From an uncultured archaeon (lineage in GTDB: Archaea; Micrarchaeota; Micrarchaeia; Micrarchaeales; CABMGC01): 64,000 nt of DNA. Positions within the stretch are counted from its first letter, which is position 1, and every line of letters starts with the position of its first letter. Both the position numbers and the translations under genes were made by a program. The DNA is taken from assembly GCA_963787445.1 (NCBI GenBank), contig CAWBCT010000005.1, positions 595,143-659,142 of the forward strand. The letters run 5' to 3'. The notes beneath the pieces are model-generated. The model saw only the letters and a list, made by a program, of their open reading frames with translations, had not been told where the DNA came from and did no database searches. Shown here piece after piece: positions 10,424-19,216 of this stretch.

Positions 10424-10753
10424 ATGACTAGCGCGTATGAGACTGGGGAAAAGGAGATCCTGCCCGCGGTGCGCTACGCGCTCATCCAGGAGCTCAGCGA
10501 CAGGTACCACCAGAAGGAGGAGCAGATCGCGAAGGAGCTCGGGATAACCCAGGCTGCGATAAGCAAGTACCTTAACGGCAAGATCTCGGACAAGGTAAAG
10601 GGGATCTCCGACAAGCTGGACCGCAAGCTCATAGACATCTACGCCAAGAAGATAGCAGAAGGCGACCAGAGCATGGTAAACGCGTGCATCTGCACGGTCT
10701 GCAACAAGCTGAACGACTTCGGCTGCAAGTTCTCGCACGCCAAGTCCGTCTAG
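10424..10753 (+). CDS. HTH transcriptional regulator with Cys-rich C-terminus
   Basis: IAKELGITQAAISKYL HTH; CICTVC...GC; first gene of the suf operon. Confidence 0.8.
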   Translation: MTSAYETGEKEILPAVRYALIQELSDRYHQKEEQIAKELGITQAAISKYLNGKISDKVKGISDKLDRKLIDIYAKKIAEGDQSMVNACICTVCNKLNDFGCKFSHAKSV

Positions 10754-10770
10754 ATAGCACAGGTATCAAA

Positions 10771-12186
10771 ATGGCCGATCAAAAAACAGCCGCTAGCGTA
10801 GTTCAATCCGAGGAGTACAAGGAGAGGTACGGATTCAACGTCAACGTCGAGTACGACGACTTCGAGAAGGGCCTTTCCGAGAAGGTTGTGCGCAAGATCT
10901 CCGAGATAAAGGGCGAACCGGACTGGATGCTCGAGAAGCGCCTGACTGCGCTGAAGATATTCTACAGCAAGCCGATGCCCAAGTGGGGTGCGGACCTTAG
11001 CGGCATAAATTTTGATGATATCTGGTACTACAGGAACCCGAAGCACGTGAAGGCGAACAAGTGGGAGGACGTTCCTGAGGACATAAAGAAGACCTTTGAG
11101 AAACTCGGAGTCCCGGAGGCGGAGAGGAAGTTCTTTGCCGGCGCCGAGTCGCAATTCGACTCTTCGGTGGTTTACTCCCACGTAAACAAGGAGCTCGAGA
11201 GGCTTGGGATAATATTCGTAGACACCGACACTGCGGTAAAGAAGTATCCTGAACTGGTGAAGAAATACTTCGGGACAGTGATTCCCTCCACAGACAACAA
11301 ATTCGCAGCCCTAAACACCGCAACCTGGTCTGGTGGTTCGTTCATTTACATTCCAAAAGGCGTCAAGGCAACAATGCCGCTTAATGCCTACTTCAGAATC
11401 AACGCAAACAACTCCGGCCAGTTCGAAAGAACCTTAATAATCGCGGATGAAGGAGCCGACGTTACGTACATCGAAGGTTGCACTTCGCCAGTCTACTCGG
11501 CAAACTCGCTTCATTCAGCGATAGTCGAGCTTGTGGCGATGAAAGATGCGCACATACGATACGTCACAATACAAAACTGGTCAAAGAACATTTACAATCT
11601 TGTTACGCAACGCGCGCATGTAGGGGAGAACGGGCGCGTTGAATGGATCGACGCCAACATAGGCAGCAAGATCAACATGAAATATCCCTCAATATACTTG
11701 ATGGGCAAGGGTGCGAGCGGAGAGGTCCTCTCAGTCGCGGTCGCCGGAGATGGGCAGGTGCAAGACTCAGGCGGCAAGATATATCACCTAGCCCCCAATA
11801 CAACCTCAAAGATAATTTCAAAGAGCGTCTCTAAGGGCAGCGGAGTCAGCACCTTTAGAGGGTTGCTGCACGTGGCAAAGAACGCCGCCAATTCAAAGTC
11901 GCACGTCTCGTGCGACGCGCTCCTGCTCGACGGCTTCGCAAAGACCAACACCTATCCTTACAACCAGATAAACCGCAGCGATGCAATCATCAGCCACGAG
12001 GCCAAGATCGGCAAGATAAGCGATGAGATGATCTTCTACATGATGTCGCGCGGCATACCTGAGGAAGATGCAGTTGCCATGATTGTGCTCGGCTTCATAG
12101 ACGACCTCACGAAAGTGCTCCCCATGGAATACTCGCTTGAGCTAAAGCGCCTGATAAAGCTGGACACGACGGGCGGAGTGGGCTAA
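10771..12186 (+). CDS. sufB: Fe-S cluster assembly protein SufB
   Basis: GLSEKVVRKISEIKGEPDWM, GQFERTLIIA, YIEGC and HEAKIGKI. Confidence 0.95.
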   Translation: MADQKTAASVVQSEEYKERYGFNVNVEYDDFEKGLSEKVVRKISEIKGEPDWMLEKRLTALKIFYSKPMPKWGADLSGINFDDIWYYRNPKHVKANKWEDVPEDIKKTFEKLGVPEAERKFFAGAESQFDSSVVYSHVNKELERLGIIFVDTDTAVKKYPELVKKYFGTVIPSTDNKFAALNTATWSGGSFIYIPKGVKATMPLNAYFRINANNSGQFERTLIIADEGADVTYIEGCTSPVYSANSLHSAIVELVAMKDAHIRYVTIQNWSKNIYNLVTQRAHVGENGRVEWIDANIGSKINMKYPSIYLMGKGASGEVLSVAVAGDGQVQDSGGKIYHLAPNTTSKIISKSVSKGSGVSTFRGLLHVAKNAANSKSHVSCDALLLDGFAKTNTYPYNQINRSDAIISHEAKIGKISDEMIFYMMSRGIPEEDAVAMIVLGFIDDLTKVLPMEYSLELKRLIKLDTTGGVG

Positions 12187-12201
12187 ACCGCGGTGAATTG
12201 A

Positions 12202-13449
12202 TTGAAGGACTACGGCGAGTTTAAAGAGGATGCGCTACAGCAGTACGCTAGCCTTCCGGACGAGCTCAACGAGCTTTACACGCGCTATTACCAGCCCATC
12301 AAGCTTCCGGAGCCTGATTCACTGAACGCCGCCGCAGCCCCCGCCTCTGCAAAGAAGGTCGAGGCTCTTGTCGCATCCATAGAGAAGAAGACCCGGATAA
12401 ACTTTGACCTTGTCTTCTCAGACTCGTTCGTGCGCAACAACACCGATTTCATACAGCTAAAGAAGGTAAGCGAGCTTGGCGAGCTGCTCGGGCGCAAGAT
12501 CTACAAGAGCCAGAACAACAAGCTTGCCGCATTCGTAAATGCGTACTCAACCGATGCAATACTCGTGAAGCTCAAGAAGGGCGAGAAGAGGAGCGTAAAT
12601 GTGCTCTTCATAAACGACTCAAACCTGCTGTTCCAGGGCATCTTCGAGGTAGGGGAAGGCGCAAGCCTCACTATTTCGGAGCTTTTTGCCTCAACCGCCG
12701 TTTCCGAGTCGCTTGTTGCGCCGCTTCAGGAGTTCCACCTGGGCCAGGACGCCCACCTGGAGCTGAACCTGATAGGCGACTGCAATGAGCAGACCACTTT
12801 ACTTAATCTATCTAAAGGCGTCCTCGGCGAGAACGCCAAGGCCCACGTGAACTTTGTGTACAACGGAGCAGTGCTCACCAAGGCGATAAGCTTCTTTGAC
12901 GCCCAAGGCCCCGGCAGCAGCATCGAGGCGTCGGAGATAGCCTACGGCACACGAAACCAGAGATTTGACATAAACACCTACGTGCTCAATGCAAAGGAGC
13001 ACACCAACACGCATCTTGAGACCGGAGCGGTTCTGGATGGAAATTCGTACTGTGTGTTGAAGGGTTACGCAAAGGTGGACAAGTGGACCAAGGGCGCGGT
13101 ATCCAGAGTCAATGAGCGCGGCATCATAATCAGCGACAAGGCACACATAGACGCGCTTCCCGACATGTCGATAGACTACAGCGACCAGGTCTCCGCCACG
13201 CACAGCGCGGCAACCTCTCCCATAGACCGGGAGGCGCTGTTCTACATGACCTCCCGCGGGCTTGAGGAGTCGACCGCGAGGAAGATGTTCGTCTCCTCTT
13301 TTATCTCAAAGTACCTCTCCTACATACAGAGCCCCTTCGCAAGGGAGCTTGCATCATCGATCATGCTCAGCAGGCTGGAGAACGACGCGTTCGGCATCAT
13401 GAAAGACGTTACGCCGAAAGGCATATGGCTGGCCACATCTACAGAGTGA
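12202..13449 (+). CDS. sufD: Fe-S cluster assembly protein SufD
   Basis: SufB paralog C-terminus (ATHSAA...LFYMTSRGL); operon context. Confidence 0.85.
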   Translation: MKDYGEFKEDALQQYASLPDELNELYTRYYQPIKLPEPDSLNAAAAPASAKKVEALVASIEKKTRINFDLVFSDSFVRNNTDFIQLKKVSELGELLGRKIYKSQNNKLAAFVNAYSTDAILVKLKKGEKRSVNVLFINDSNLLFQGIFEVGEGASLTISELFASTAVSESLVAPLQEFHLGQDAHLELNLIGDCNEQTTLLNLSKGVLGENAKAHVNFVYNGAVLTKAISFFDAQGPGSSIEASEIAYGTRNQRFDINTYVLNAKEHTNTHLETGAVLDGNSYCVLKGYAKVDKWTKGAVSRVNERGIIISDKAHIDALPDMSIDYSDQVSATHSAATSPIDREALFYMTSRGLEESTARKMFVSSFISKYLSYIQSPFARELASSIMLSRLENDAFGIMKDVTPKGIWLATSTE

Positions 13450-13453
13450 TAAT

Positions 13454-14179
13454 ATGAAACTTGAAATAAAGAACCTGCACGTATCCATTGATGACAAGGA
13501 AGTGGTAAAGGGAGTGGACCTCACGATAAACGAGGGAGAGCTGCACGTCATTATGGGCCCCAACGGCTCTGGAAAGACAACGCTGGCGAAGACGATAATG
13601 GGTCATCCGCAGCTGATGATTACCAAAGGCGACATCCTTGTGGATGGAAAGAGCATAAAGGAGATGAAGCCCAACGAGCGCGCAAGGCTCGGGATCTTCC
13701 TGCAGTTCCAGAACCCGATAGAGATAGAAGGACTTGGCCTTCTCAACTTCCTAAACTCCGCAAGAGGGGCAATCACCGACAAGCCGCTTCAGTTTAAGGA
13801 GTTCATGAGCGAGGTGAAGAACACCTCGAAGGATCTGGCACTCAAGGAAGAGCTGATCGGCAGGTCGCTCAACCACGGCTTCTCCGGAGGGGAGAAGAAG
13901 AAGGTCGAGATACTGCAGATGCACGTGCTGAAGCCGAAGCTTGCCATACTGGACGAGCCCGACTCGGGCCTTGACATAGACGCCCTCAGGATAGTGGCCC
14001 AGAACGTGGAAGCGATGAGAAGGGAGAAGAAGATGAGCCTGCTCGTGATAACGCACTACAGCCGCATACTCAATTACATGGAGCCCCAGTTCATCCACGT
14101 GATGAAGGACGGGAAGATAGTCAAGGAGGGCGGGAAGGAGCTCATCAATGAGGTTGAGAGCAAGGGGTATAACATATAG
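13454..14179 (+). CDS. sufC: Fe-S cluster assembly ATPase SufC
   Basis: GPNGSGKT, FSGGEKK, LDEPDSGLD and ITHY. Confidence 0.95.
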   Translation: MKLEIKNLHVSIDDKEVVKGVDLTINEGELHVIMGPNGSGKTTLAKTIMGHPQLMITKGDILVDGKSIKEMKPNERARLGIFLQFQNPIEIEGLGLLNFLNSARGAITDKPLQFKEFMSEVKNTSKDLALKEELIGRSLNHGFSGGEKKKVEILQMHVLKPKLAILDEPDSGLDIDALRIVAQNVEAMRREKKMSLLVITHYSRILNYMEPQFIHVMKDGKIVKEGGKELINEVESKGYNI

Positions 14180-14205
14180 CTCACCCTAATCCCTATGGTG
14201 CAAAA

Positions 14206-14385
14206 ATGGAAAACAAGGAGTTCAAGAGAATCTGGGAAAAAGAGGGCAAGAGACTTTTTGCATTAGAACAGAAGAAAGGAACCATAAAATGCGCCCCAGA
14301 TACACAAAAGAAAATAGCCAAGGAGGAGCCGAGGCATTCATTTCCTACTAAGCGTAAAAACACCGCCTTCAGCGGAATGTTTTAG
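14206..14385 (+). CDS. Small basic hypothetical protein (59 aa)
   Basis: Own translation MENKEFKRIWEKEGKR...SGMF*; fills the sufC-sufS gap; below the ORF track cutoff. Confidence 0.4.
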   Translation: MENKEFKRIWEKEGKRLFALEQKKGTIKCAPDTQKKIAKEEPRHSFPTKRKNTAFSGMF

Positions 14386-15644
14386 TGAAAGATATGGCGT
14401 TTGATGTCGATAAAATAAGAAAAGATTTCCCCATTTTGTCTACCAAGACGAATGGCGGCAAGCCCCTGATTTATCTCGACAGCGCAGCCACATCACAGAA
14501 GCCAATCCAGGTAATAAAAACCGTTTGCGACTACTACAAGACCTACAACGCGAACATACACCGCGGGCTCTACGATCTTTCTCTTAGGTCCACCGAAGCC
14601 TACGAGGACTCGAAGAAGGCGGTGGCCAAGTTCATCAACGCCGAGTCCTACCGCGACATACTGTACGGCAGGAACACGACCGAGGCGATAAACATTGTTG
14701 CACTCTCGTGGGGGGAGGCGAACCTAAAGAAAAATGACCATATCCTAATTACCCAGATGGAGCACCACAGCAACATCGTGCCCTGGCAACTGCTCGCGAA
14801 GAAGAAGGGTGCGGTTCTTGACTACGTTGAGGTAAAGAACGGAGCTCTTGACATGGAAAGTTTCAAGAAGCAGCTAGAGAAGAAGCCCGAGCTTGTCGCA
14901 TTCACCCACGTGTCCAACGTGCTGGGCACGATAAACGATGTAAAGGAGCTCACAAGAATTGCACACAGACATGGAGCGACCGTTCTAATCGATGGGGCGC
15001 AGTCGGTCCCCCACATGCCCGTGGACGTAAGGTCGCTGGACTGCGACTTCTTCGCATTCTCGAGCCACAAGATGCTCGGACCGGCGGGAGTGGGCGTGCT
15101 GTATGGCAAGGACGAGCTGCTGGAAGCGATGGAACCTGTCTACGGAGGCGGGGACATGATCCGTAGCGTAGGCTTCCAGGAAAGCACCTGGAACGAGCTG
15201 CCCTGGAAGTTCGAGTCGGGCACGCCGAATATAGAAGGAGCCATAGGACTGGGTGCAGCAGTAGACTACCTCGACAAAACTAGCATCCGCAGCATAAGAA
15301 GCCACGAAATCAAGCTCACCAGGTATGCATTGAACAGGCTTGAGGAGACCAGGGGTGTAACCGTCTACGGGATAGGTTCCAAAGCGATGACCGACTCGAA
15401 CAGGGGCGGTGCGATATCATTCAACATAAAGGGAGCACACCCGCACGATGTCTCCTCCATTTTCAACAGCCAGGGCATAGCCATAAGGGCCGGCCACCAC
15501 TGCGCAATGCCTCTCGTGAACCTGGTGCTGAAGGAACCCGCAGTAGCAAGGATGAGTTTCTACCTGTACAATGAGGAAGAGGAGGTGGATAGGGCGGTAG
15601 AGGCCGTTGAAACGGTAAGAAAAGTACTAAGGATAAAGAGTTAG
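14385..15644 (+). CDS. sufS: Cysteine desulfurase SufS
   Basis: YLDSAATSQKP, EHHSN, SSHKM (PLP lysine) and RAGHHCA. Confidence 0.95.
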   Translation: MKDMAFDVDKIRKDFPILSTKTNGGKPLIYLDSAATSQKPIQVIKTVCDYYKTYNANIHRGLYDLSLRSTEAYEDSKKAVAKFINAESYRDILYGRNTTEAINIVALSWGEANLKKNDHILITQMEHHSNIVPWQLLAKKKGAVLDYVEVKNGALDMESFKKQLEKKPELVAFTHVSNVLGTINDVKELTRIAHRHGATVLIDGAQSVPHMPVDVRSLDCDFFAFSSHKMLGPAGVGVLYGKDELLEAMEPVYGGGDMIRSVGFQESTWNELPWKFESGTPNIEGAIGLGAAVDYLDKTSIRSIRSHEIKLTRYALNRLEETRGVTVYGIGSKAMTDSNRGGAISFNIKGAHPHDVSSIFNSQGIAIRAGHHCAMPLVNLVLKEPAVARMSFYLYNEEEEVDRAVEAVETVRKVLRIKS

Positions 15645-15647
15645 TTC

Positions 15648-16325
15648 CTAACCCTTATAGAATCTTGACAAAACAGCGTCAGCTAGAATGTCCAAAGTGT
15701 CTATCTTGTTGATTTTGCTGTTCTCCAGCATTAAGGATATTTCAGTGCAACCCAGCACTACAAGCTCTGCGCCCTCACCGATCTTTCTATTGGCTATCTC
15801 ATCTACTCGGCGTATCTGCTCCTCTCTCGCAATGCCGGAATTAAATTTGAATATCGAGTCCGAGAGGGTCTCTTGCTCGTGCTTCGAGAGCTCCAGATAT
15901 TTTATCCCGCTCACCTTGAAGAGTCCGCTGTTTATGGTTGAAGGAGTTGCAAGTACGGTTATGGTTCCTACCTTCTTCTCGTTTATGAAAGCCCCAAACT
16001 CTTTCTTGAGGTCTACGATCGGGACGTTCACCGATTTCTGCAGTATGTCGTAATAGGAATGTATCGTGTTGCAGACCATCGCGATAAAGTCAACCCTATT
16101 CCCTTCGAGCTCCTTGAGCCCCTCTATGTAGGGCTGGAGCTCCTTCTTTGAGATGTTGTGGTAAACCAGCTCGGGAGCGGGGATGCTGTTTATTATGAAC
16201 TGCGGGAAATCCGCGTTTGACTTCACTCTTCCGCTGTCCTGCAGTTTTTTGATAAGGCGCAGGTAAAACGTGCCCGTGGCCTCCGGTCCAATCCCTCCAA
16301 GCAAGCCAATTTTACGTTGCATCAT
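15648..16325 (-). CDS. Aspartate/glutamate racemase family protein
   Basis: GLLGGIGPEAT, CNTIH and LGCTEI two-cysteine motifs. Confidence 0.88.
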   Translation of the reverse strand: MMQRKIGLLGGIGPEATGTFYLRLIKKLQDSGRVKSNADFPQFIINSIPAPELVYHNISKKELQPYIEGLKELEGNRVDFIAMVCNTIHSYYDILQKSVNVPIVDLKKEFGAFINEKKVGTITVLATPSTINSGLFKVSGIKYLELSKHEQETLSDSIFKFNSGIAREEQIRRVDEIANRKIGEGAELVVLGCTEISLMLENSKINKIDTLDILADAVLSRFYKG

Positions 16326-16665
16326 ATCACTCTGCTAAGAAACTCAATCTCCTTTTGAAAGTTTAGGAATAGGTTTCCGTCCATTTGGCAACAGCGCAAG
16401 CTACGCAAGAGCCTAAGGGCTCTCAGCTGCCAACCGCATTCCACTGGAACGGCATCGCCATCAATTCCTATTAATAAAATCAAATATATAAAACATTTGG
16501 TTAGACGAATCGGCCGCACCCTCGTCACCGGTTTCCCTTTTATTCTGCCCTGCGAGCACAGAGAACTGGAAAAGCTTAAATATCTCTGAATATATCCTAT
16601 TTAAGGGGAATGTAAAAGTGCCTGAGGTAGTCCGCCGGTGAGTGGGCAGCTCAGAGGTAGTTCTC

Positions 16666-18129
16666 ATGAACAAAATTCCGACAAAACCTGGCAAATACGC
16701 TGCGAATGGAAGGAGATGGGTAGGGGTAGCCTCATTTGAGGATAGGAAGAAGCCTGCAGAGGCCTCGATACCCAAGGTGGTTGTGACCCCGAACGGCAAT
16801 GCGATACTTTTTGAACGCCTTGCGAACGCCGTTAGGACAGGACCTGTCGGAAACGAGGCAGTGCTTTACGATAACGTAGGGGACCCTGTCCCTGAACAGC
16901 TATATTCTACTTTAGGAAACTATTCTGGCAAGCCACTGATAGTCACCAACCATAGGTTCGACAGCCTGAGGAATTATTCAGGAATGGCAGAGTACCTTGC
17001 GCATCCAGAGACCTTTGGAATAGCATCGGGCAGGAAGCCCAGCGGCCCGTGCCACTTCGGCCACAGGCTGGTGATAGACACCACAAGCTTCTTCCAGAGG
17101 AACAAGGTCCAGGTCTTTGTCCCGATAGCGGACAGCGAGGCCAGCCTTGACCGGAAGATCAAGAACAAGGCACAATACGAATACTTCATAGCAGACAACC
17201 TCCTGGACTGGGGTGCATCGGGTCTCGACCTTGATGCCGCGCACATCTATCTCCAATCGGAGGAGATGCGCGTGATGAACATAGGCTACGCGATGGCGCG
17301 TGGACTGGACCTGCCAGTAACTGTGGACGTTTATGGCAGGGACACTCTTGCTGACGAGATGAACTACCTTTTCGCAAGCATCGCCCAGGTGGGAGACATA
17401 CTGCTTCCGCAGCACCCGGACTTCGGGAAGAAGCACTCCTTCATGCTCTCCGGCGCCGATCAGGACGGGAACATGAAGATGACCATGGAACTAGCGTCCA
17501 GAGCCATGAGCGGCAAGGTGAGCGAATATGTCAGCACCGCGCCTTCTTCGTTATACATAACCTCCATCTCGAATCTTGAGGGTAAGAAGGAGAGCGCAAG
17601 CGAGCCCGACACAACGCTCTACCTGGGGCCTTCAAGGAGCCTATACCAGAAGACCGAGCAGGGCAAGATACTTGAAAGGATAGATAACCTGACGCTCTCT
17701 GATAGAATGCTCGACACTGATGAAAAGATTGACGGGTTTACCAAGAAAGACAAGGAAAAGGTGCTTGACGCCATCCGCAGGAGGCAGACGGTGTTTTCCG
17801 AATTTGCAGTAGATGATCTCAGCATAGATGGATTTAAGAGCATCATGAAAGAGGTACTCACTGCCCATCAAGAGAGGAGGAAAGAGGTCTATGAGTACGC
17901 GCTGTCAAGAGCTTTCCGGGACGCCGTTTCGAAACAAGACGCCAGAACAGCAGAAGCAGTGGTGGCCAATGGCATGCAAGTTCTGCCGGGTTTCAATGCA
18001 AGCAGAGTAAAAAGCAGCCCCTCTTTCTGGGAGACCCCAAATGAGGCATACATCCCTGAAGATAAGCGCAATGTCAGGACCCGATGGTTCAACATGGTCG
18101 CACGGATGGCAGGCCAGATAATGCCTTGA
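16666..18129 (+). CDS. Divergent tryptophanyl-tRNA synthetase paralog
   Basis: GRKPSGPCHFGH (HIGH), IADSEA, YLQSEE, QVGDILLPQ and GADQ; KMSKS replaced by KESAS; GAGGT RBS before ATG at 16666. Confidence 0.75.
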   Translation: MNKIPTKPGKYAANGRRWVGVASFEDRKKPAEASIPKVVVTPNGNAILFERLANAVRTGPVGNEAVLYDNVGDPVPEQLYSTLGNYSGKPLIVTNHRFDSLRNYSGMAEYLAHPETFGIASGRKPSGPCHFGHRLVIDTTSFFQRNKVQVFVPIADSEASLDRKIKNKAQYEYFIADNLLDWGASGLDLDAAHIYLQSEEMRVMNIGYAMARGLDLPVTVDVYGRDTLADEMNYLFASIAQVGDILLPQHPDFGKKHSFMLSGADQDGNMKMTMELASRAMSGKVSEYVSTAPSSLYITSISNLEGKKESASEPDTTLYLGPSRSLYQKTEQGKILERIDNLTLSDRMLDTDEKIDGFTKKDKEKVLDAIRRRQTVFSEFAVDDLSIDGFKSIMKEVLTAHQERRKEVYEYALSRAFRDAVSKQDARTAEAVVANGMQVLPGFNASRVKSSPSFWETPNEAYIPEDKRNVRTRWFNMVARMAGQIMP

Positions 18130-18141
18130 TGAGGTTTATTC

Positions 18142-19212
18142 ATGGAGTTCAAAACCAAGACTAACGGCGGCAGGGAAAACAGCGTTAGGCTGACCGATGT
18201 ATTGAATCAGAATCGCCTGGTGCACACGAGCCCCGGATCGGAGGGCCTTTCTCTAAGGATTGAGAAGTGCCAGGCTGAGAAGAGGCCGTTTAGGATGCTA
18301 TATGGCGAAACCTTCGACGGAAAGGGCAACCCTCTTGACAGCCTGAAGTATTACCTCTTCGTTAGTGCGCTTTCCAAGGCGATCAAGAGCAGCTATCAGG
18401 TTGATGTTGAGTCGACGATTCTGGTCGCAGACCTGGGCGTGTACAGAAACTATCCCGAGGAGGTCCAGGAGTACAAAAAGTACGCTGCAAGCCGGGAAGC
18501 CTTCGCCAGAAAGGTAAAGGAGGTGTACAAGTGCTCCTACGATGTCCGACTGATGAGCGAGATCTCAGACACGCCGGAGTTCAGACAGAGGTTCGGCAGG
18601 GTCAGCGAGATAAGCAACCTCGACGCGGAGCTCATGGGCATGATCCGCAAGAGCGTGCCAGAGGACAGGCTCGAAGCGGAGGCAAAGCGCGGTTACAAGT
18701 ATCCATTCGAAGAGATCGCCACAATACTGGGCCTGGACGTGAAGGTCGGGCCGCCGAGAGAGCAGCTCTATGATGACATAGCGAACTCCATGCTCCCCCA
18801 CTTCAACGTCAGCCCTCTGCTCCCGATCTATCTCACCCCCACTTATCCGGTCGGCACTAACTTTGCAGCCTACACGAGCTCTCCTGCAACCAAGCAGTAC
18901 GGCCTTACGCCCTATAAGGTTGGCAGCAGCGGGATGACCGCCCACAGGATCGTCCTAGGGGTAACCAGCGTGCAGGAGGCAAAGCGGCTCATAGACGAGA
19001 CACAGATCTCCTCGTCGGCCACGAAGCCGAACCCGGTTTGCGACATCCTTGTCCTGGCAGACCTCGCAAGACAGCACCTCGAAGGGGAGTTTGTTCAGAA
19101 GGATGTTGCAGACACTCTTGAGCTGTACTATAGAAACAGGATCCGCTCGCACCAGATCAAAGAGACCGCTTTCACGCATCTGCGCGACCATGTATTAAAT
19201 TATTTCGGCTGA
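18142..19212 (+). CDS. Class Ic aaRS-fold protein, TyrRS-like without HIGH (possible CDPS-like enzyme)
   Basis: ILVADLGVYRN and YPFEEIATILGLDVKVG parallel archaeal TyrRS ILLADLHAYLN and YPIMQVNDIHYLGVDVAVG; no HxGH. Confidence 0.5.
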   Translation: MEFKTKTNGGRENSVRLTDVLNQNRLVHTSPGSEGLSLRIEKCQAEKRPFRMLYGETFDGKGNPLDSLKYYLFVSALSKAIKSSYQVDVESTILVADLGVYRNYPEEVQEYKKYAASREAFARKVKEVYKCSYDVRLMSEISDTPEFRQRFGRVSEISNLDAELMGMIRKSVPEDRLEAEAKRGYKYPFEEIATILGLDVKVGPPREQLYDDIANSMLPHFNVSPLLPIYLTPTYPVGTNFAAYTSSPATKQYGLTPYKVGSSGMTAHRIVLGVTSVQEAKRLIDETQISSSATKPNPVCDILVLADLARQHLEGEFVQKDVADTLELYYRNRIRSHQIKETAFTHLRDHVLNYFG

Positions 19213-19216
19213 TCCG

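Noticed and set aside
16322-16799. Minus-strand ORFs 16322-16528 and 16461-16799
   Set aside because: No motifs; they overlap the intergenic region and the aaRS paralog, so probably spurious
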